From positions 192,001-256,000 of the forward strand of contig CAWGMK010000007.1 in the NCBI GenBank assembly GCA_963823655.1: a DNA stretch of 64,000 nucleotides. Direction: 5' to 3'. The number at the start of each line of letters is the position of its first letter. The first letter of the stretch is position 1. The notes under the pieces were generated by a model that saw only the letters and a program-made list of their open reading frames with translations, was not told the origin of the DNA and ran no database searches. Below, piece by piece: positions 44,157 to 55,277 of the stretch. Both the position numbers and the translations under genes were made by a program. Source of the stretch: an uncultured Bacillota bacterium. Its GTDB lineage: Bacteria; Bacillota; DTU025; MWDF01.

Positions 44157-45503
44157 ATGGGCAAGCCTGGCGGATACAATGAAAAAGGCGCTGTAGGCGG
44201 TTTTGCTTCGAAGGGCAGCGCCGGCGCCGGCGAACATGGCCTGTCAGACGGTGGTGTCGAGCGGCTCATCGACGACGCCATAAAAGCCGCGATGGCCAGC
44301 ACTCCGGCAGTAGACATACATACCCATCTTTTCCCGCCCGGGCACAAGGACTTGCTGCTAAGAGGCATTGACGAGCTTCTTACTTACCATTACCTTCCCG
44401 TCGAGGCGCTCCGGTACAGGAAGATGGAGCCCCAGGCATTCTTCTCCATGAGCAAGGCAGAGCAGGCCGATGAGGTCTGGAGGACGCTGTTCGTCGAAAG
44501 GAGCCCGATCAGCGAGGCTTGCCGCGGGGTAATAACCGTGCTCAAGGCGTTCGGGCTGGACACAGGGGCGAAGGATCTGGGAGAAGCCAGGGGCTTCTTC
44601 AATGGCCTTACCGCAGAAGAGCATGTGGGCTTGGTCTTCGAGAAGGCGAACATCGATTTTGCGGTGATGACCAACGATCCTTTCGACAAGCAGGAGACTT
44701 CCTGCTGGGGGCCCTCTTTCCTGTCCGACAGAAGGTTCAAATCGGCGCTCAGGGTCGACTATTTGGTGTCATCCCCCGAAAAAGCCCTTTTGAAGATGAC
44801 AAAGGAAGGTTACAGCCCGGGAAGCGGAAGGGACAGCATCAGATACGGCGAAGTGCTGCGATTCCTTGACGGCTGCGCAGGCTATATCTCCCCTTTGTAT
44901 GCGGCAGTTTCGCTTCCTCCGAGCTTCAACCTGGCGGACGGGTCGTTCGGATCCGAGATGCTGCAAAAGGCGATAATCCCTTTCTGCGAGAACAAAGGCC
45001 TGCCCCTCGCCCTCATGATAGGGGTGAAGAGGGGGGTAAACCCTGAGATGGAGCTGGGAGGCGACGGGATCGGATCTTTCGATGTCTCGGCCTTGGCCTC
45101 TATGTGCCGCGACTACCCTCGCATGAATTTTATGGTTACGCTGCTCTCAAGGGAGAACCAGCACGAGCTCTGCGTCGCCGCCAGGAAATTCCCGAATCTC
45201 ACGCCATTCGGCTGCTGGTGGTTCCTGAACAACCCCAGCCTGGTGAAAGAGATCACCAAGATGAGGCTCGAACTGCTTGGCCTCAGCTTCATCCCTCAAC
45301 ATTCGGACGCGAGGGTGCTCGACCAGCTCATCTACAAATGGGATCATTCCAGGAAGGTCGTAGCCTCCGTTCTGTCGGAGAAATATAAGGACATGGCGAG
45401 AAGCGGCAGGCGAGTGGAGCCTTTTGAGATCAAGAGGGACTGGCTTGAGCTTATACACGGCAATGCCACGCGACTTTTCGGAATCGAGGAGGCTGGAAGT
45501 TGA
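44157..45503 (+). CDS. Uronate (glucuronate) isomerase, divergent Bh0493-like family
   Basis: DIHTHL, IDELLTYHYL, MTNDPFD, GCWWF and QHSDARVLDQLIYKW. Confidence 0.85.
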   Translation: MGKPGGYNEKGAVGGFASKGSAGAGEHGLSDGGVERLIDDAIKAAMASTPAVDIHTHLFPPGHKDLLLRGIDELLTYHYLPVEALRYRKMEPQAFFSMSKAEQADEVWRTLFVERSPISEACRGVITVLKAFGLDTGAKDLGEARGFFNGLTAEEHVGLVFEKANIDFAVMTNDPFDKQETSCWGPSFLSDRRFKSALRVDYLVSSPEKALLKMTKEGYSPGSGRDSIRYGEVLRFLDGCAGYISPLYAAVSLPPSFNLADGSFGSEMLQKAIIPFCENKGLPLALMIGVKRGVNPEMELGGDGIGSFDVSALASMCRDYPRMNFMVTLLSRENQHELCVAARKFPNLTPFGCWWFLNNPSLVKEITKMRLELLGLSFIPQHSDARVLDQLIYKWDHSRKVVASVLSEKYKDMARSGRRVEPFEIKRDWLELIHGNATRLFGIEEAGS

Positions 45504-46592
45504 ATCTGCAGTTCTCAGAGGACCCTTGTCTAGCGAAAAAGCTTGCTGGGCTAGCCCGGATAACGGAAGATAGCGAAAAGAGCGGAATCTGGCTGAAGCA
45601 GGGGAAGAACATCTCCTGGCTTCTGGGCGGGCCGTCCGCATGTGGGCCTTCTGGGCTCCGCGTCGGTCGCAAGCCTCATATTTGCCCAAGGCAAGCTGTA
45701 TCTGCTTACTGACAAAGTGGAAAGCGGCAGGCTACTGGCCGAAGAGTTCAGGCCATCCGGAGCAGAGCTCATCGAGTTCGAATGGTACAGGAAGTCTGAA
45801 GAGGCAGCTTCGGTCGAAAGGCTTTTCGGACCCGACCTTGCAACAGACGGCGAGCTGGAACCGCTCATCATGCCTTTAAGGGCGGCCCTGGACGAGAGGG
45901 AGCTGGCCACAATGCGCAAGCTTGGAAAAGCAGTAGCCGAGGCCGTCGAGGAGGGCTGCTTCAAGTGCGAGCCGGGCATGAGCGAGCACGAGATCGCAGG
46001 CCTTATGGCAGGGAAGGCGTTTTCTCTGGGAGTCGAGTGCAATGTTGTGCTGGCCGCAGCCGATGAGAGGATAAGCCTTTACAGGCATCCGATGCCCACT
46101 GGAAGGCGGCTTGAAAGGCTTGCGATGCTTTCCCTTGTGGGAAGGAAGGACGGGCTTTTCGCAGGCCTTACGAGATTTGTGCATTTCGGCGGCAAGGACG
46201 AGGGGCTGCTTTCAAAGCAGGCGATTCTAAACAGGATATTCGCGAGGCTGGTTTCCAGGACGAGGCCGGGGGCCGACCTCAAGGATGTATTTGCGGACCT
46301 CGCGGCGGACTACGAGGCGGAGGGCTACCGAGATGAGTGGAAGAGCCTCCACCAGGGAGGGCCGATCGGCTACAGCGCAAGGGAGCTCAAGGCGTCGCCC
46401 GGGCTGAGCTTTAAAGTAGAGCAGGGGCAGGCATATGCGTGGAACCCGACGCTTGCAGGCTTCAAAGTCGAGGATACGGTAATCATAGGTATGGCCTCCA
46501 ATGAGATCATAACGGCAACGGACAGGATACCGAAGATGGAAGTGGGCATGCCCGGTGCAGAGCTGGCTGTATCGGACATCCTTTACAGATGA
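45500..46592 (+). CDS. M24-fold protein lacking the canonical metal ligands, frameshift near 45630
   Basis: YRHP, LTRFVHF, HQGGPIGY, WNPT and KVEDT. Confidence 0.75.
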
Positions 46593-46634
46593 GCTTCTGA
46601 AGATAGGCAAGTAATCTCTCCGGAGGACATTCAA

Positions 46635-47744
46635 ATGGACAAGAACAGGATAAATAAGCTGTTGTCACTTATGCCGGGCCTTTCTGCAGAACGCCTAGCC
46701 ATCTCCCCGGGGCCCAATCTGAAGTACCTGACGGGACTCGAAATAGAGCCCCATGAAAGGACCTTCATGATGGTGCTGGGAGGACCTCAGGAGATTTCTT
46801 TCGCCCTTCCCATGCTGGAGGAGGAGAAGGTAAAAGGAGCAACGGCGGGCAACAAGGCCGCCATATTCGCATACTCTGACCAGGATGGCCCTGTGGGCGC
46901 CGTGAAAGCCGCATTCGGATTTTCCGCGGCATCTGACAAAAAACGGCTTGCCATCGGTGCGGAGTTCCTTCATATGAGGCTGAAGGAGTATGAGCTGATA
47001 AAGCAGGCATTGGGGCCAATCGACACAGCAGACCTTGATTCCGCCATGATGGACATGCGTTCGGTGAAGGACTCCCAGGAGATTGCCCACCTGAAAAGGG
47101 CGGCCGAGATAGTAGACAGGGGGATAGAGGCAGCTAGGGACTCGATAAGGCCTGGCGTCAGCGAGAATTACGTAGCAGAGCAGATAGAAAAGGCCATGAT
47201 GGCGGCAGGCGCCGATTCCGTGCCTTTCAACAGCGTCCTGTCCGGGCCAAACGCCGCCCTCCCGCACGGCAACACCTCAAGCAGAGTGATACTGGAGGGG
47301 GAACTTGTAATCTGCGACATAGGCGCCGGTTTCAAAGGCTACTTCGGGGACATTACAAGGACTATTGCAGCAGGGAAACCCTCCGATGGGCTGATAGCTG
47401 CCTACATGGCTGTTTATAAGGCGAACAAGGCCGGCAGGGAAGCGGTAAAGCCGGGGATGAAGGCCGAGGAACTTGACGCAATCTGCAGGGAAGTGATAAC
47501 GAAAGCCGGCTTCGGCAGCCTGTTCATACACAGAACGGGGCACGGCCTGGGTCTGGAAGTCCATGAGGAGCCATATATAGTTGCCGGAAACAGGAAAGCC
47601 CTTCTGCCCGGCATGGCATTTACCATCGAACCTGGAGTATATATTCCCGGCGTCGGCGGTATAAGGATCGAGGACGACGTAATCCTTACCGAAACGGGCG
47701 CCGAGATAATAACAAGGCAGCCCAGGGAGCTTATGTTTGACTAA
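46635..47744 (+). CDS. Xaa-Pro peptidase (M24B)
   Basis: PHG, DIG, GDITRT, HRTGHGLGLEVHE, TIEPG and RIEDD. Confidence 0.93.
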   Translation: MDKNRINKLLSLMPGLSAERLAISPGPNLKYLTGLEIEPHERTFMMVLGGPQEISFALPMLEEEKVKGATAGNKAAIFAYSDQDGPVGAVKAAFGFSAASDKKRLAIGAEFLHMRLKEYELIKQALGPIDTADLDSAMMDMRSVKDSQEIAHLKRAAEIVDRGIEAARDSIRPGVSENYVAEQIEKAMMAAGADSVPFNSVLSGPNAALPHGNTSSRVILEGELVICDIGAGFKGYFGDITRTIAAGKPSDGLIAAYMAVYKANKAGREAVKPGMKAEELDAICREVITKAGFGSLFIHRTGHGLGLEVHEEPYIVAGNRKALLPGMAFTIEPGVYIPGVGGIRIEDDVILTETGAEIITRQPRELMFD

Positions 47745-47847
47745 GCGCTAAAAGCGGCGATCTATAAGTGAAAATTGGTCATTTAGTTGGCCAAGGCGCC
47801 GGATCCTTTATGGGACCGGCGCCTCATACTGCCGAGAATCCTTTCAT

Positions 47848-48846
47848 CTATAATCCTTGCTGGGACATGAACACGAATAGCTCCTCCGTTGTTGGTAGCG
47901 AAGGTATTGCGCCTTTCTTCGTAGTGCAAATGGCGCCTACCGCGTTTGCCCGCTTAAGTATCTTGCGCCATCCTGCCTCGTCCAGGCCTTCGAGGAAATC
48001 TTTGAGGGCCAGCCCTCCTGCATCATCCAGGATTGAAGCGAGAAGTCCAGCTACGAAGCCGTCCCCGGCGCCGGTAGTATCGACTGGATCCACCCCGAAG
48101 CCGCCTTCAGATACTGTCAGCTCCTTGTAATAGAGCCTGCATCCCCGCTCGCCCATGGTGAGCACTATGGCACAGTCCGGTTTCGCGTGGCGCCTGAGAC
48201 GGTTTATTCCCGATTCCGGGGTCTCGGCCTCCGTAATCCTGATAAGTTCGTCCTCACCGATCTTGATAATGTCCGAGCGGCCCGCCGCGTCGAAGATGGT
48301 CTTCCTCGCATGTGCCATGTCAGGCCACAGGTCCGGCCTCAAGTTGGGATCAAAACATATCAAAGCCCCTGCAGAAGAGGCTTTGGCAATAGCTGCGTAG
48401 GTTGCGGACCGGGACGGTTCGGATATCAGGGAGATAGAGCCGTGCTCGAAAACCCGGCAGCTCTCGAGCAGATCGGAATCGAGCTCCTGTTCGTGCAGAA
48501 GCATATCGGCGCTTGGATTCCTGTAGAAGGAGAAGCTGCGCTCGCCTTGAGGCCCCAAAGAGACGAAGGCGAGGGCCGTCCTGGCCCTGGAATTGTATAC
48601 GACGCCCCTGATATCAACGCCGTTTTCCTCAAGCACGCCTGCAAGGTAATGCCCAAAGGGATCGTCCCCTACTTTTCCCGCGAAGGCTGCCCTGCGGCCC
48701 AGGCGCGACAAGCCGACTGCGACATTTGCGGGCGCCCCTCCCGGGTTTTTAATAAATGCCGAAGCTTCGCTTACGTCCAGCCCCGGCTCGGATGCCACGA
48801 AGTCTATAAGAAGCTCCCCCATGCATAGGACATCGATTTCCTTCAT
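47848..48846 (-). CDS. PfkB-family carbohydrate kinase (fructokinase-like)
   Basis: GELLIDF, GGAPANVA, FDPNLR and DTTGAGDGF. Confidence 0.92.
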   Translation of the reverse strand: MKEIDVLCMGELLIDFVASEPGLDVSEASAFIKNPGGAPANVAVGLSRLGRRAAFAGKVGDDPFGHYLAGVLEENGVDIRGVVYNSRARTALAFVSLGPQGERSFSFYRNPSADMLLHEQELDSDLLESCRVFEHGSISLISEPSRSATYAAIAKASSAGALICFDPNLRPDLWPDMAHARKTIFDAAGRSDIIKIGEDELIRITEAETPESGINRLRRHAKPDCAIVLTMGERGCRLYYKELTVSEGGFGVDPVDTTGAGDGFVAGLLASILDDAGGLALKDFLEGLDEAGWRKILKRANAVGAICTTKKGAIPSLPTTEELFVFMSQQGL

Positions 48847-49043
48847 TCAGGCACCCCCATATCAAGCTATTGCGTGAGAAACATACAATATCTTTTCATT
48901 GTGTTTATTTCGACGCTATTGCCCCCAACTCCTATAACAGGCCACTGCGGTAAAGGCAAAGTGCCTTCTCCTGGGTTATAATAACCTTGATAGAATTTGG
49001 TCCGCCTATTTGCGCTTGTTCGGGCAATAGTCACTTATGCAGG

Positions 49044-49205
49044 GGGATGCCGGCATCATTGAAAGAGCTGGGAGTGCCTGAAACTGCCCTGGACGGGCTT
49101 TCGGAGCACGCCTTCAACCACAGAAGACAGGTGGACATGAACCCCAGGCAGCCGACAAAGGCCCAGATAAGGGAGCTGTTCCAGATGGGCTGGCAGGGCC
49201 GCTGA
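49044..49205 (+). pseudogene. C-terminal remnant of an iron-containing alcohol dehydrogenase
   Basis: GMPASLKELGVPE...NPRQPT...ELF matches Fe-ADH C-termini; no N-terminal part upstream. Confidence 0.6.
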
Positions 49206-49303
49206 GGTTCTTCGAGTATTTGGAATTTGGAAACAGGGAAATCGACGGCAACGGCGCTTAATGCAGACAAACGCCGAATCAGGTTGAGAAGGAGCAAAAG
49301 CAG

Positions 49304-50644
49304 ATGGATGAGAAGACAAAGGAACTGATTTCCAAGGCTACGAAGCCCTCCGCCGACGCAATGAAGATGCACCCCTTTTACCGCGGCAAGATCGAGATTA
49401 CTCCAAAGGCCGTAGTAAGGGATATGAGCGACTTTTCGATCTGGTACACCCCCGGAGTGGCTGCTCCCTGCAAGGCCATACAGGCGGACAGGGACCTCGC
49501 CTACGAACACACCCTCAAATGGAATACGGTGGCCGTTGTGTCTGACGGCACGAGGGTCCTGGGCCTTGGTGACATCGGGCCCGAGGCAGGATTGCCCGTA
49601 ATGGAGGGCAAAGCTATGCTTTTCAAATACCTCGGCGGTGTCGACGCATTCCCCATCTGCCTTGATACCAAGGACCCAGAGGAGATAATCAACGCCGTGA
49701 AATGGCTTCAGCCCTCTTTCGGCGGCATAAACCTGGAGGATTTCGAACAGCCCAAGTGCTTCTACCTGCTTGAAAGGCTAAGAGCCGAGTGCCGCATACC
49801 TGTTTGGCACGATGACCAGCAGGGCACGGCCGCAGTGACTGTGGCGGGCCTCGTAAACGCGCTGAAGCTTGTTGGCAAGAAGTTCTCGGAGGCGAAGATC
49901 GCCCTGGTAGGCGCAGGAGCTGCCAATATCTGCACGGCCCGAATGATAATGAAGGCTGGGGCGACGCCCGGCAACATCATCATGTGCGATACGAAGGGTA
50001 CTTTGCACAAGGGCCGCACCGAGCTGAAGGACAAGGCCAAGGAGAAGTGGGAGATCTGCGAGAAGACGAACGCAAAAGGCCTTGTGGGCGACGTAGCGGA
50101 CGCAATGAGGGGCGCTGACGTGTTGGTTGCGCTTTCTCAGTCGGGCCCAGATGTCATTAAGAAAGAGTGGATACAGGGTATGGCGAAGGACGCCATAGTC
50201 TTCGTTTGCGCAAACCCGGTGCCCGAGATATGGCCGTGGATTGCCAAGGAGGCGGGCGCAAGGGTAGTAGCTACCGGCCGCTCCGACTTCCCCAACCAGG
50301 TCAACAACTCTTTGGGCTTCCCCGCGATCTTCAGAGGGGCTCTTGACGTTAGGGCGACTGCCATAACGGATGAGATGTGCATAGCTGCCGCAATGGAGCT
50401 TGCCAAATTCGCCGAGGAAAAGGGCCTGAGCGATGACTACATAATCCCTTCGATGGAGGAGTGGGAAGTCTATCCTCTAGAGGCGGCGGCAGTCGGCCTT
50501 AAGGCCATCGAACAGGGCGTAGCCAAGCTAAAGCTCACGCGCGAGGAGCTCATCAAATCTGCCACCGAGCTTATATTAAGATCCAGGAAGGCTACAAAGC
50601 TTGCCATGGACAACGGGATAATTGCGCCGGCCCCCGAGCTTTAG
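49304..50644 (+). CDS. NAD(P)-dependent malic enzyme
   Basis: [31 protein letters not shown] and [13 protein letters not shown]. Confidence 0.96.
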   Translation: MDEKTKELISKATKPSADAMKMHPFYRGKIEITPKAVVRDMSDFSIWYTPGVAAPCKAIQADRDLAYEHTLKWNTVAVVSDGTRVLGLGDIGPEAGLPVMEGKAMLFKYLGGVDAFPICLDTKDPEEIINAVKWLQPSFGGINLEDFEQPKCFYLLERLRAECRIPVWHDDQQGTAAVTVAGLVNALKLVGKKFSEAKIALVGAGAANICTARMIMKAGATPGNIIMCDTKGTLHKGRTELKDKAKEKWEICEKTNAKGLVGDVADAMRGADVLVALSQSGPDVIKKEWIQGMAKDAIVFVCANPVPEIWPWIAKEAGARVVATGRSDFPNQVNNSLGFPAIFRGALDVRATAITDEMCIAAAMELAKFAEEKGLSDDYIIPSMEEWEVYPLEAAAVGLKAIEQGVAKLKLTREELIKSATELILRSRKATKLAMDNGIIAPAPEL

Positions 50645-50665
50645 GCCGATGAAAGGGGCATTCAG

Positions 50666-51514
50666 ATGATCAGGGAGATAGACGCAAGCCTCGTTACGAA
50701 CGCTGTCGAGAAGCTTTGCGTAAGCGCCAACTGCAACCTGCCCGAATTGAACCTCAAGACCATAGAAAAGGCGATGGAGGGGGAGAAGTCCCCGCTAGGA
50801 AGGCAAATATTGGGCAGACTGCTGGAAAACCACAGGCTAGCCCGCAGGGAGCAAGTTCCGGCATGCCAGGATACGGGCCTTGCCATAGTCATCGTCGAGA
50901 TGGGCCAGGATGTCCACATCACTAACGGGGGCTTCGAGGCGGCAATAAACGAAGGCGTGCGGCGTGGCTACGAGAAGGGCTACCTGAGAAAATCCGCGGT
51001 GTTCGACCCCCTTATCGACAGGAAGAACACCGGGGACAACACTCCGGCGATAATTCATACGAGTATAGTGCCCGGCAGCAGGCTAAAGATTACCGTGGCG
51101 CCGAAAGGCGGCGGGGCGGAGAACATGAGCGCGACTTTGATGCTAAAGCCGGCAGACGGTGCCGAGGGCGTAAAGAAGTTCGTGCTGGACACCGTGGAGA
51201 AGGCGGGGCCCAACGCCTGCCCTCCTTTAGTCGTGGGAATAGGGATCGGCGGAAGCTTCGACCTTGTGAACCTTTTGGCCAAGAAGGCGCTTATGAGGCC
51301 GATGGGAAGCCATAATGAGGACCCGCGGTATGCCGCGATGGAAGAAGAGCTGCTTGCCGCAATAAACAGGCTTGGCATAGGCCCGCAGGGCTTCGGCGGC
51401 ACAACAACTGCGCTTGCAGTCCACATCGAGACCTACGCATGCCACATAGCGAGCCTGCCAGTAGCCGTGAACCTTAACTGCCACGTATCGCCGCACGAGT
51501 CGGCAGAAATATAG
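50666..51514 (+). CDS. Fe-S fumarate hydratase / tartrate dehydratase alpha subunit
   Basis: CQDTG, NTGDNTPA, PKGGGAEN, ACPP and CHIASLPVAVN.NCH. Confidence 0.93.
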   Translation: MIREIDASLVTNAVEKLCVSANCNLPELNLKTIEKAMEGEKSPLGRQILGRLLENHRLARREQVPACQDTGLAIVIVEMGQDVHITNGGFEAAINEGVRRGYEKGYLRKSAVFDPLIDRKNTGDNTPAIIHTSIVPGSRLKITVAPKGGGAENMSATLMLKPADGAEGVKKFVLDTVEKAGPNACPPLVVGIGIGGSFDLVNLLAKKALMRPMGSHNEDPRYAAMEEELLAAINRLGIGPQGFGGTTTALAVHIETYACHIASLPVAVNLNCHVSPHESAEI

Positions 51515-51519
51515 GGGGC

Positions 51520-52077
51520 ATGGGAATGATGAAGAGGATAAGCACCCCCCTGACAGATGAAACAATTGCGGATTTGAGGGCAGGCGACGACGTTCTGCTT
51601 TCAGGCTACATCTACACTGCACGCGACGCTGCGCACAAGAGGCTGGTAGCATTGGCCAAAGAGGGCAAGGAGCTGCCTTTCGACATCAAAGGCGCGACGA
51701 TATTCTACGTCGGCCCGACCCCGCCTAAACCTGGCAGGGTGATAGGATCCTCAGGTCCTACCACTAGCGGAAGGATGGACGCTTACGCGCCTTTGCTGAT
51801 GGAGCTTGGCGCAAACGGTATGATAGGCAAGGGCAAGCGGTCGAAAGATGTGAAGGCCGCGATGGCGAAGTACAAAGCCGTCTATTTCGCAGGCCTTGGC
51901 GGAGCAGGCGCACTTGCTTCAAACTGCGTTAAGTCGGCGGAGCTTGTGGCATACGAGGATCTCGGCACCGAGGCGATCAGAAAATTGTATGTCGAGGATT
52001 TCCCCCTTATCGTGGTCAACGACATATACGGCGGGGACGCATATGAAGAGGGAAGGGCCAAGTACGAGTCCAAGTAG
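51520..52077 (+). CDS. Fe-S fumarate hydratase / tartrate dehydratase beta subunit
   Basis: TARDAAHKR, GPTTSGRMD, IGKG and DLGTEAI. Confidence 0.93.
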   Translation: MGMMKRISTPLTDETIADLRAGDDVLLSGYIYTARDAAHKRLVALAKEGKELPFDIKGATIFYVGPTPPKPGRVIGSSGPTTSGRMDAYAPLLMELGANGMIGKGKRSKDVKAAMAKYKAVYFAGLGGAGALASNCVKSAELVAYEDLGTEAIRKLYVEDFPLIVVNDIYGGDAYEEGRAKYESK

Positions 52078-52099
52078 GCCTGAAGAGGGTTCAAATAGT

Positions 52100-52128
52100 G
52101 GTAAGGCAGCCGTTAAGGCTGCCTTACC
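52100..52128. terminator. Hairpin between convergent genes
   Basis: GGTAAGGCAGCC..GGCTGCCTTACC. Confidence 0.75.
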
Positions 52129-52153
52129 GATTCCATTGTCGGGATTTGTGAGT

Positions 52154-52360
52154 CTACTTCTTGTTGCACTCAGGGCAGCATCTCGCACAGCCGTCCACTT
52201 GCGGGAATATCTTCTTTGCCGCCTTGAGGGCGTCTTTGCAGTTGTCAAAACTGCCGACTACCGCGCGATTGTTTACTCCGGGCATGCTGGAGCAATTCCA
52301 GTTGTGCACCTCGTGCTCGCCCGTTTTCTGAGCAGTAACGGTTACATAGTATAACTCCAT
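52154..52360 (-). CDS. Small Cys/His-rich protein
   Basis: 68 aa; HEVH..C and DGCARCCPEC; RBS upstream. Confidence 0.75.
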   Translation of the reverse strand: MELYYVTVTAQKTGEHEVHNWNCSSMPGVNNRAVVGSFDNCKDALKAAKKIFPQVDGCARCCPECNKK

Positions 52361-52552
52361 TCAATCACCCCTTTCAGGCCGTTTTATCGAAAAATTGAAG
52401 GCTCCCCGCCTCAAAAAGACTATGGCGGATCGCATTATCTAATCACTAATTCAACCCTTAGAGCGGGAATCCTTCAATTTGGTGGCAGATTTGCGCGAGA
52501 AAATCGAATTTGCGTAAATGATCGAGGATTATTTTGGGAGATAATACGTCAA

Positions 52553-53734
52553 TTAAGCCTTTATGGCCATCTCGATACGCTCCAGCCCCTCCTTTAAAAG
52601 AGCCCTGGGACAGGCGAAATTCAACCTCGCGAACCCATCGCCGGAGCTGCCGAATATGAAGCCCTGGTTCAGCGCAAGGCCTGCCCTATCCGCGAGTAGT
52701 TCCTTAAGGCCGTCCTTATCGAGGTTAAGTGCCCTGAAATCCAGCCAGGCGAGATATGTGCCCTCCGGTTTTCTGTAATGTATCTGGGGCAGCCTGGCCT
52801 TTAGGAAATCTCCTATGAAATCGGCATTGCCCTCAAGATAGCTTAAGACCTGACCAAGCCACTCCTCACCTTGCGCATAGGCGGCGCCTGCTGCAGCTAC
52901 TCCGAAGAAGTTGGGTTCGGATATGCCGTTTGATTCGAGCCTTCTCTCAAGGCGGGACCGCAGCTCGGGATCCTGCACGATGATGTTGGATACCTGCAGC
53001 CCTGCAAGGTTGAAAGTCTTGCTGGGGGCGGTGCAAGTAATGGAGCATGCGGCAAAATCCCCGGAGAGCTTTGCGAACGGGACATGCTTATGTCCTGAAT
53101 AGATGAGGTCCGAATGGATCTCATCGGCTACGATGATCAGACCGTGCTTAACGCATATCTCGCCGAAGCGCGTAAGCTCGTCCTCCCTCCATACTCTTCC
53201 GACGGGGTTATGCGGGCTGCAGAGGAATATAACCTTGGCGTCCGGGTCAGACGCCTTTTGTTCCAGGTCTTCGAAATCCATCGAATAGTCCCCGTCAGCC
53301 CCCTCTATCAGCTTGTTTTCGAGCACATGCCTTCCGTTGTTCTCTATCGAGTGGAAGAAGGGGTGATAGACAGGAGATTGAACGATTACCTTGTCGCCGG
53401 GCGAGGTGAACTCCTGGACGGCGGCATTGAGGGCGATTACCACGCCTGGGGAGAATACCAACCAGCCCTCCTCGACCTGCCAGCCGTGCCTTCTGAGGTT
53501 CCATTCCAGGAAAGCCCTCTTATAGCCTTCGGTCATGCAGCTGTAGCCGTAGACTCCGCAGCGGGCTTCCTCGATTACGGCATCGATTACGGGCTGCGGG
53601 CAGGGGAAGTCCATATCGGCAACCCAGAAGGGCAACAAGCCCTTCTTGCCGTTGATCTCATCCATGATCTCATCCGACCATTTTATAGAGCACGTGCCCC
53701 TCCTGTCAGGGACTTTGTCGAAATCGTATCGCAA
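52553..53734 (-). CDS. patB: MalY/PatB-family cystathionine beta-lyase
   Basis: WVADMDF, CSPHNPVGRVW, DEIHSD, APSKTFNLAGL and RLNFACP. Confidence 0.92.
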   Translation of the reverse strand: MRYDFDKVPDRRGTCSIKWSDEIMDEINGKKGLLPFWVADMDFPCPQPVIDAVIEEARCGVYGYSCMTEGYKRAFLEWNLRRHGWQVEEGWLVFSPGVVIALNAAVQEFTSPGDKVIVQSPVYHPFFHSIENNGRHVLENKLIEGADGDYSMDFEDLEQKASDPDAKVIFLCSPHNPVGRVWREDELTRFGEICVKHGLIIVADEIHSDLIYSGHKHVPFAKLSGDFAACSITCTAPSKTFNLAGLQVSNIIVQDPELRSRLERRLESNGISEPNFFGVAAAGAAYAQGEEWLGQVLSYLEGNADFIGDFLKARLPQIHYRKPEGTYLAWLDFRALNLDKDGLKELLADRAGLALNQGFIFGSSGDGFARLNFACPRALLKEGLERIEMAIKA

Positions 53735-53928
53735 AACGCCACGCTCCCTTTGCTCAAAAATGCGTTGTTTCAAGCATACCATCTTCTGCTGTGTTCTTCA
53801 GTCCTGCACCGGCAGGCTTGTCCTCAAAAAAATAGTTGCCCTGGACTGCTGAATCCTATTCACATCAAGAGCATTGCACGAGTAATATATTTCGTGCGTC
53901 AAGTTCTTTGCAGGAAGGCGGTCGGGTT

Positions 53929-55020
53929 ATGGAATCTGGCAGGATAGATGGCGAAATTGAGCTGAGGGCGTTTCTTGACGAGGGGATTAGGTCCCTTGCG
54001 TCAGACGCTTTGAAGATGGTGGCCAGGAAGCCGGGGCTTATCGTGGACTTCACGCGCATGTCCAGAGGGCTTGAGGCGCAGGAGGCAAAAAGGAAGGCAC
54101 AGGCTTCAGGCGGACTGCATGTGCCGCCGTTCATGATCGCAAGCATTACTAAGATGTGCAATCTGGGCTGCGCCGGCTGCTACGCTGCGGTGAATGCCAA
54201 AAGCTGTCATGAGGAGCTTCCTTCCGGTACATGGGGAAAGTTCTTCTCTGAGGCTGAGGAGCTCGGGGTGTCTTTCATACTGCTTGCCGGCGGCGAGCCG
54301 CTGGAGCGCATGGAGATAATCGAAGAGGCCGCCTCGCACAAGTCCATAATTTTCCCCGTCTTCACCAACGGCTGCAAGATGGATGAGGAAAAGGCCCGCT
54401 TCTTCGCGAAGCACAGGAATTTGGTGCCTATCATAAGCATTGAAGGCGGCAGGGAGCTTACAGACGCAAGAAGAGGAGACGGCGTCTACGACAGGATAAT
54501 GGGCTCCATGAAGCTTCTAGCCGGGCAGGCCGTATTCTTCGGAGTCAGCATCACGGTGACTGCCGACAACATCCATGAGGCTGTTTCGGACAGCTTCATA
54601 GGGATGCTCCGTAAGAAGGGCGCGGGAGCATTTATTTATGTGGAGTATGTGCCGGCGGACGGCATAAGCATGGAGCTTGCGCCGGGGCCTAATGATAGGG
54701 AATATCTTGCCGAAAGAGTTTCGGTTCTCAAAAAGGAGCAGGGTGGCATACACATCTGTTTCCCCGGCGACGAGGAGGCCATGGGAGGATGCCTCGCCGC
54801 AGGTAGAGGGTTCGTACATATCAACCCGGCAGGTGGCGTGGAGCCCTGCCCGTTCTCGCCGGTCTCGGACAGCAGCATATCGAACCTGTCGCTCAAAGAG
54901 GCTCTGAAATCGCCCTTCCTTGCCGCATTAAGGTCTAGCGGGGCCATGGAGATCGAGCATCTGGGCGGCTGCGCGCTCTGGGATAAAAGGAAAGAAGTAC
55001 AGGCCCTTCTGGGCAGATAG
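53929..55020 (+). CDS. Radical SAM protein with SPASM/twitch-like domain
   Basis: CNLGCAGC, GGEP, FTNG and GCLAAGRG..HINP.G.VEPCPF. Confidence 0.9.
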   Translation: MESGRIDGEIELRAFLDEGIRSLASDALKMVARKPGLIVDFTRMSRGLEAQEAKRKAQASGGLHVPPFMIASITKMCNLGCAGCYAAVNAKSCHEELPSGTWGKFFSEAEELGVSFILLAGGEPLERMEIIEEAASHKSIIFPVFTNGCKMDEEKARFFAKHRNLVPIISIEGGRELTDARRGDGVYDRIMGSMKLLAGQAVFFGVSITVTADNIHEAVSDSFIGMLRKKGAGAFIYVEYVPADGISMELAPGPNDREYLAERVSVLKKEQGGIHICFPGDEEAMGGCLAAGRGFVHINPAGGVEPCPFSPVSDSSISNLSLKEALKSPFLAALRSSGAMEIEHLGGCALWDKRKEVQALLGR

Positions 55021-55277
55021 TCTCTATATTTCGCGAATCGTATTTTGACCGGCAGTAAAATGGCGGGTTGCCTCTGTTTGTCATGAATGCTAATCGCCAG
55101 GATTAGGCAACGATAATGCTGGGCTCCTGAACCAATGTACATAACAAAATGCACTTCATCTGAAGGATTAGTGGGTTCTGTGCTGAATACAGGGTTGCGA
55201 TGCCTCTAATTGCATATTATGGCTAATTAGATAACAGATGGCAGTTCATTAATAGATGTAAAAGTGGGAGGAAACTC

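Noticed and set aside
53929-55020. RiPP maturase with a precursor peptide
   Set aside because: No convincing precursor ORF, RRE partner, peptidase or exporter adjacent
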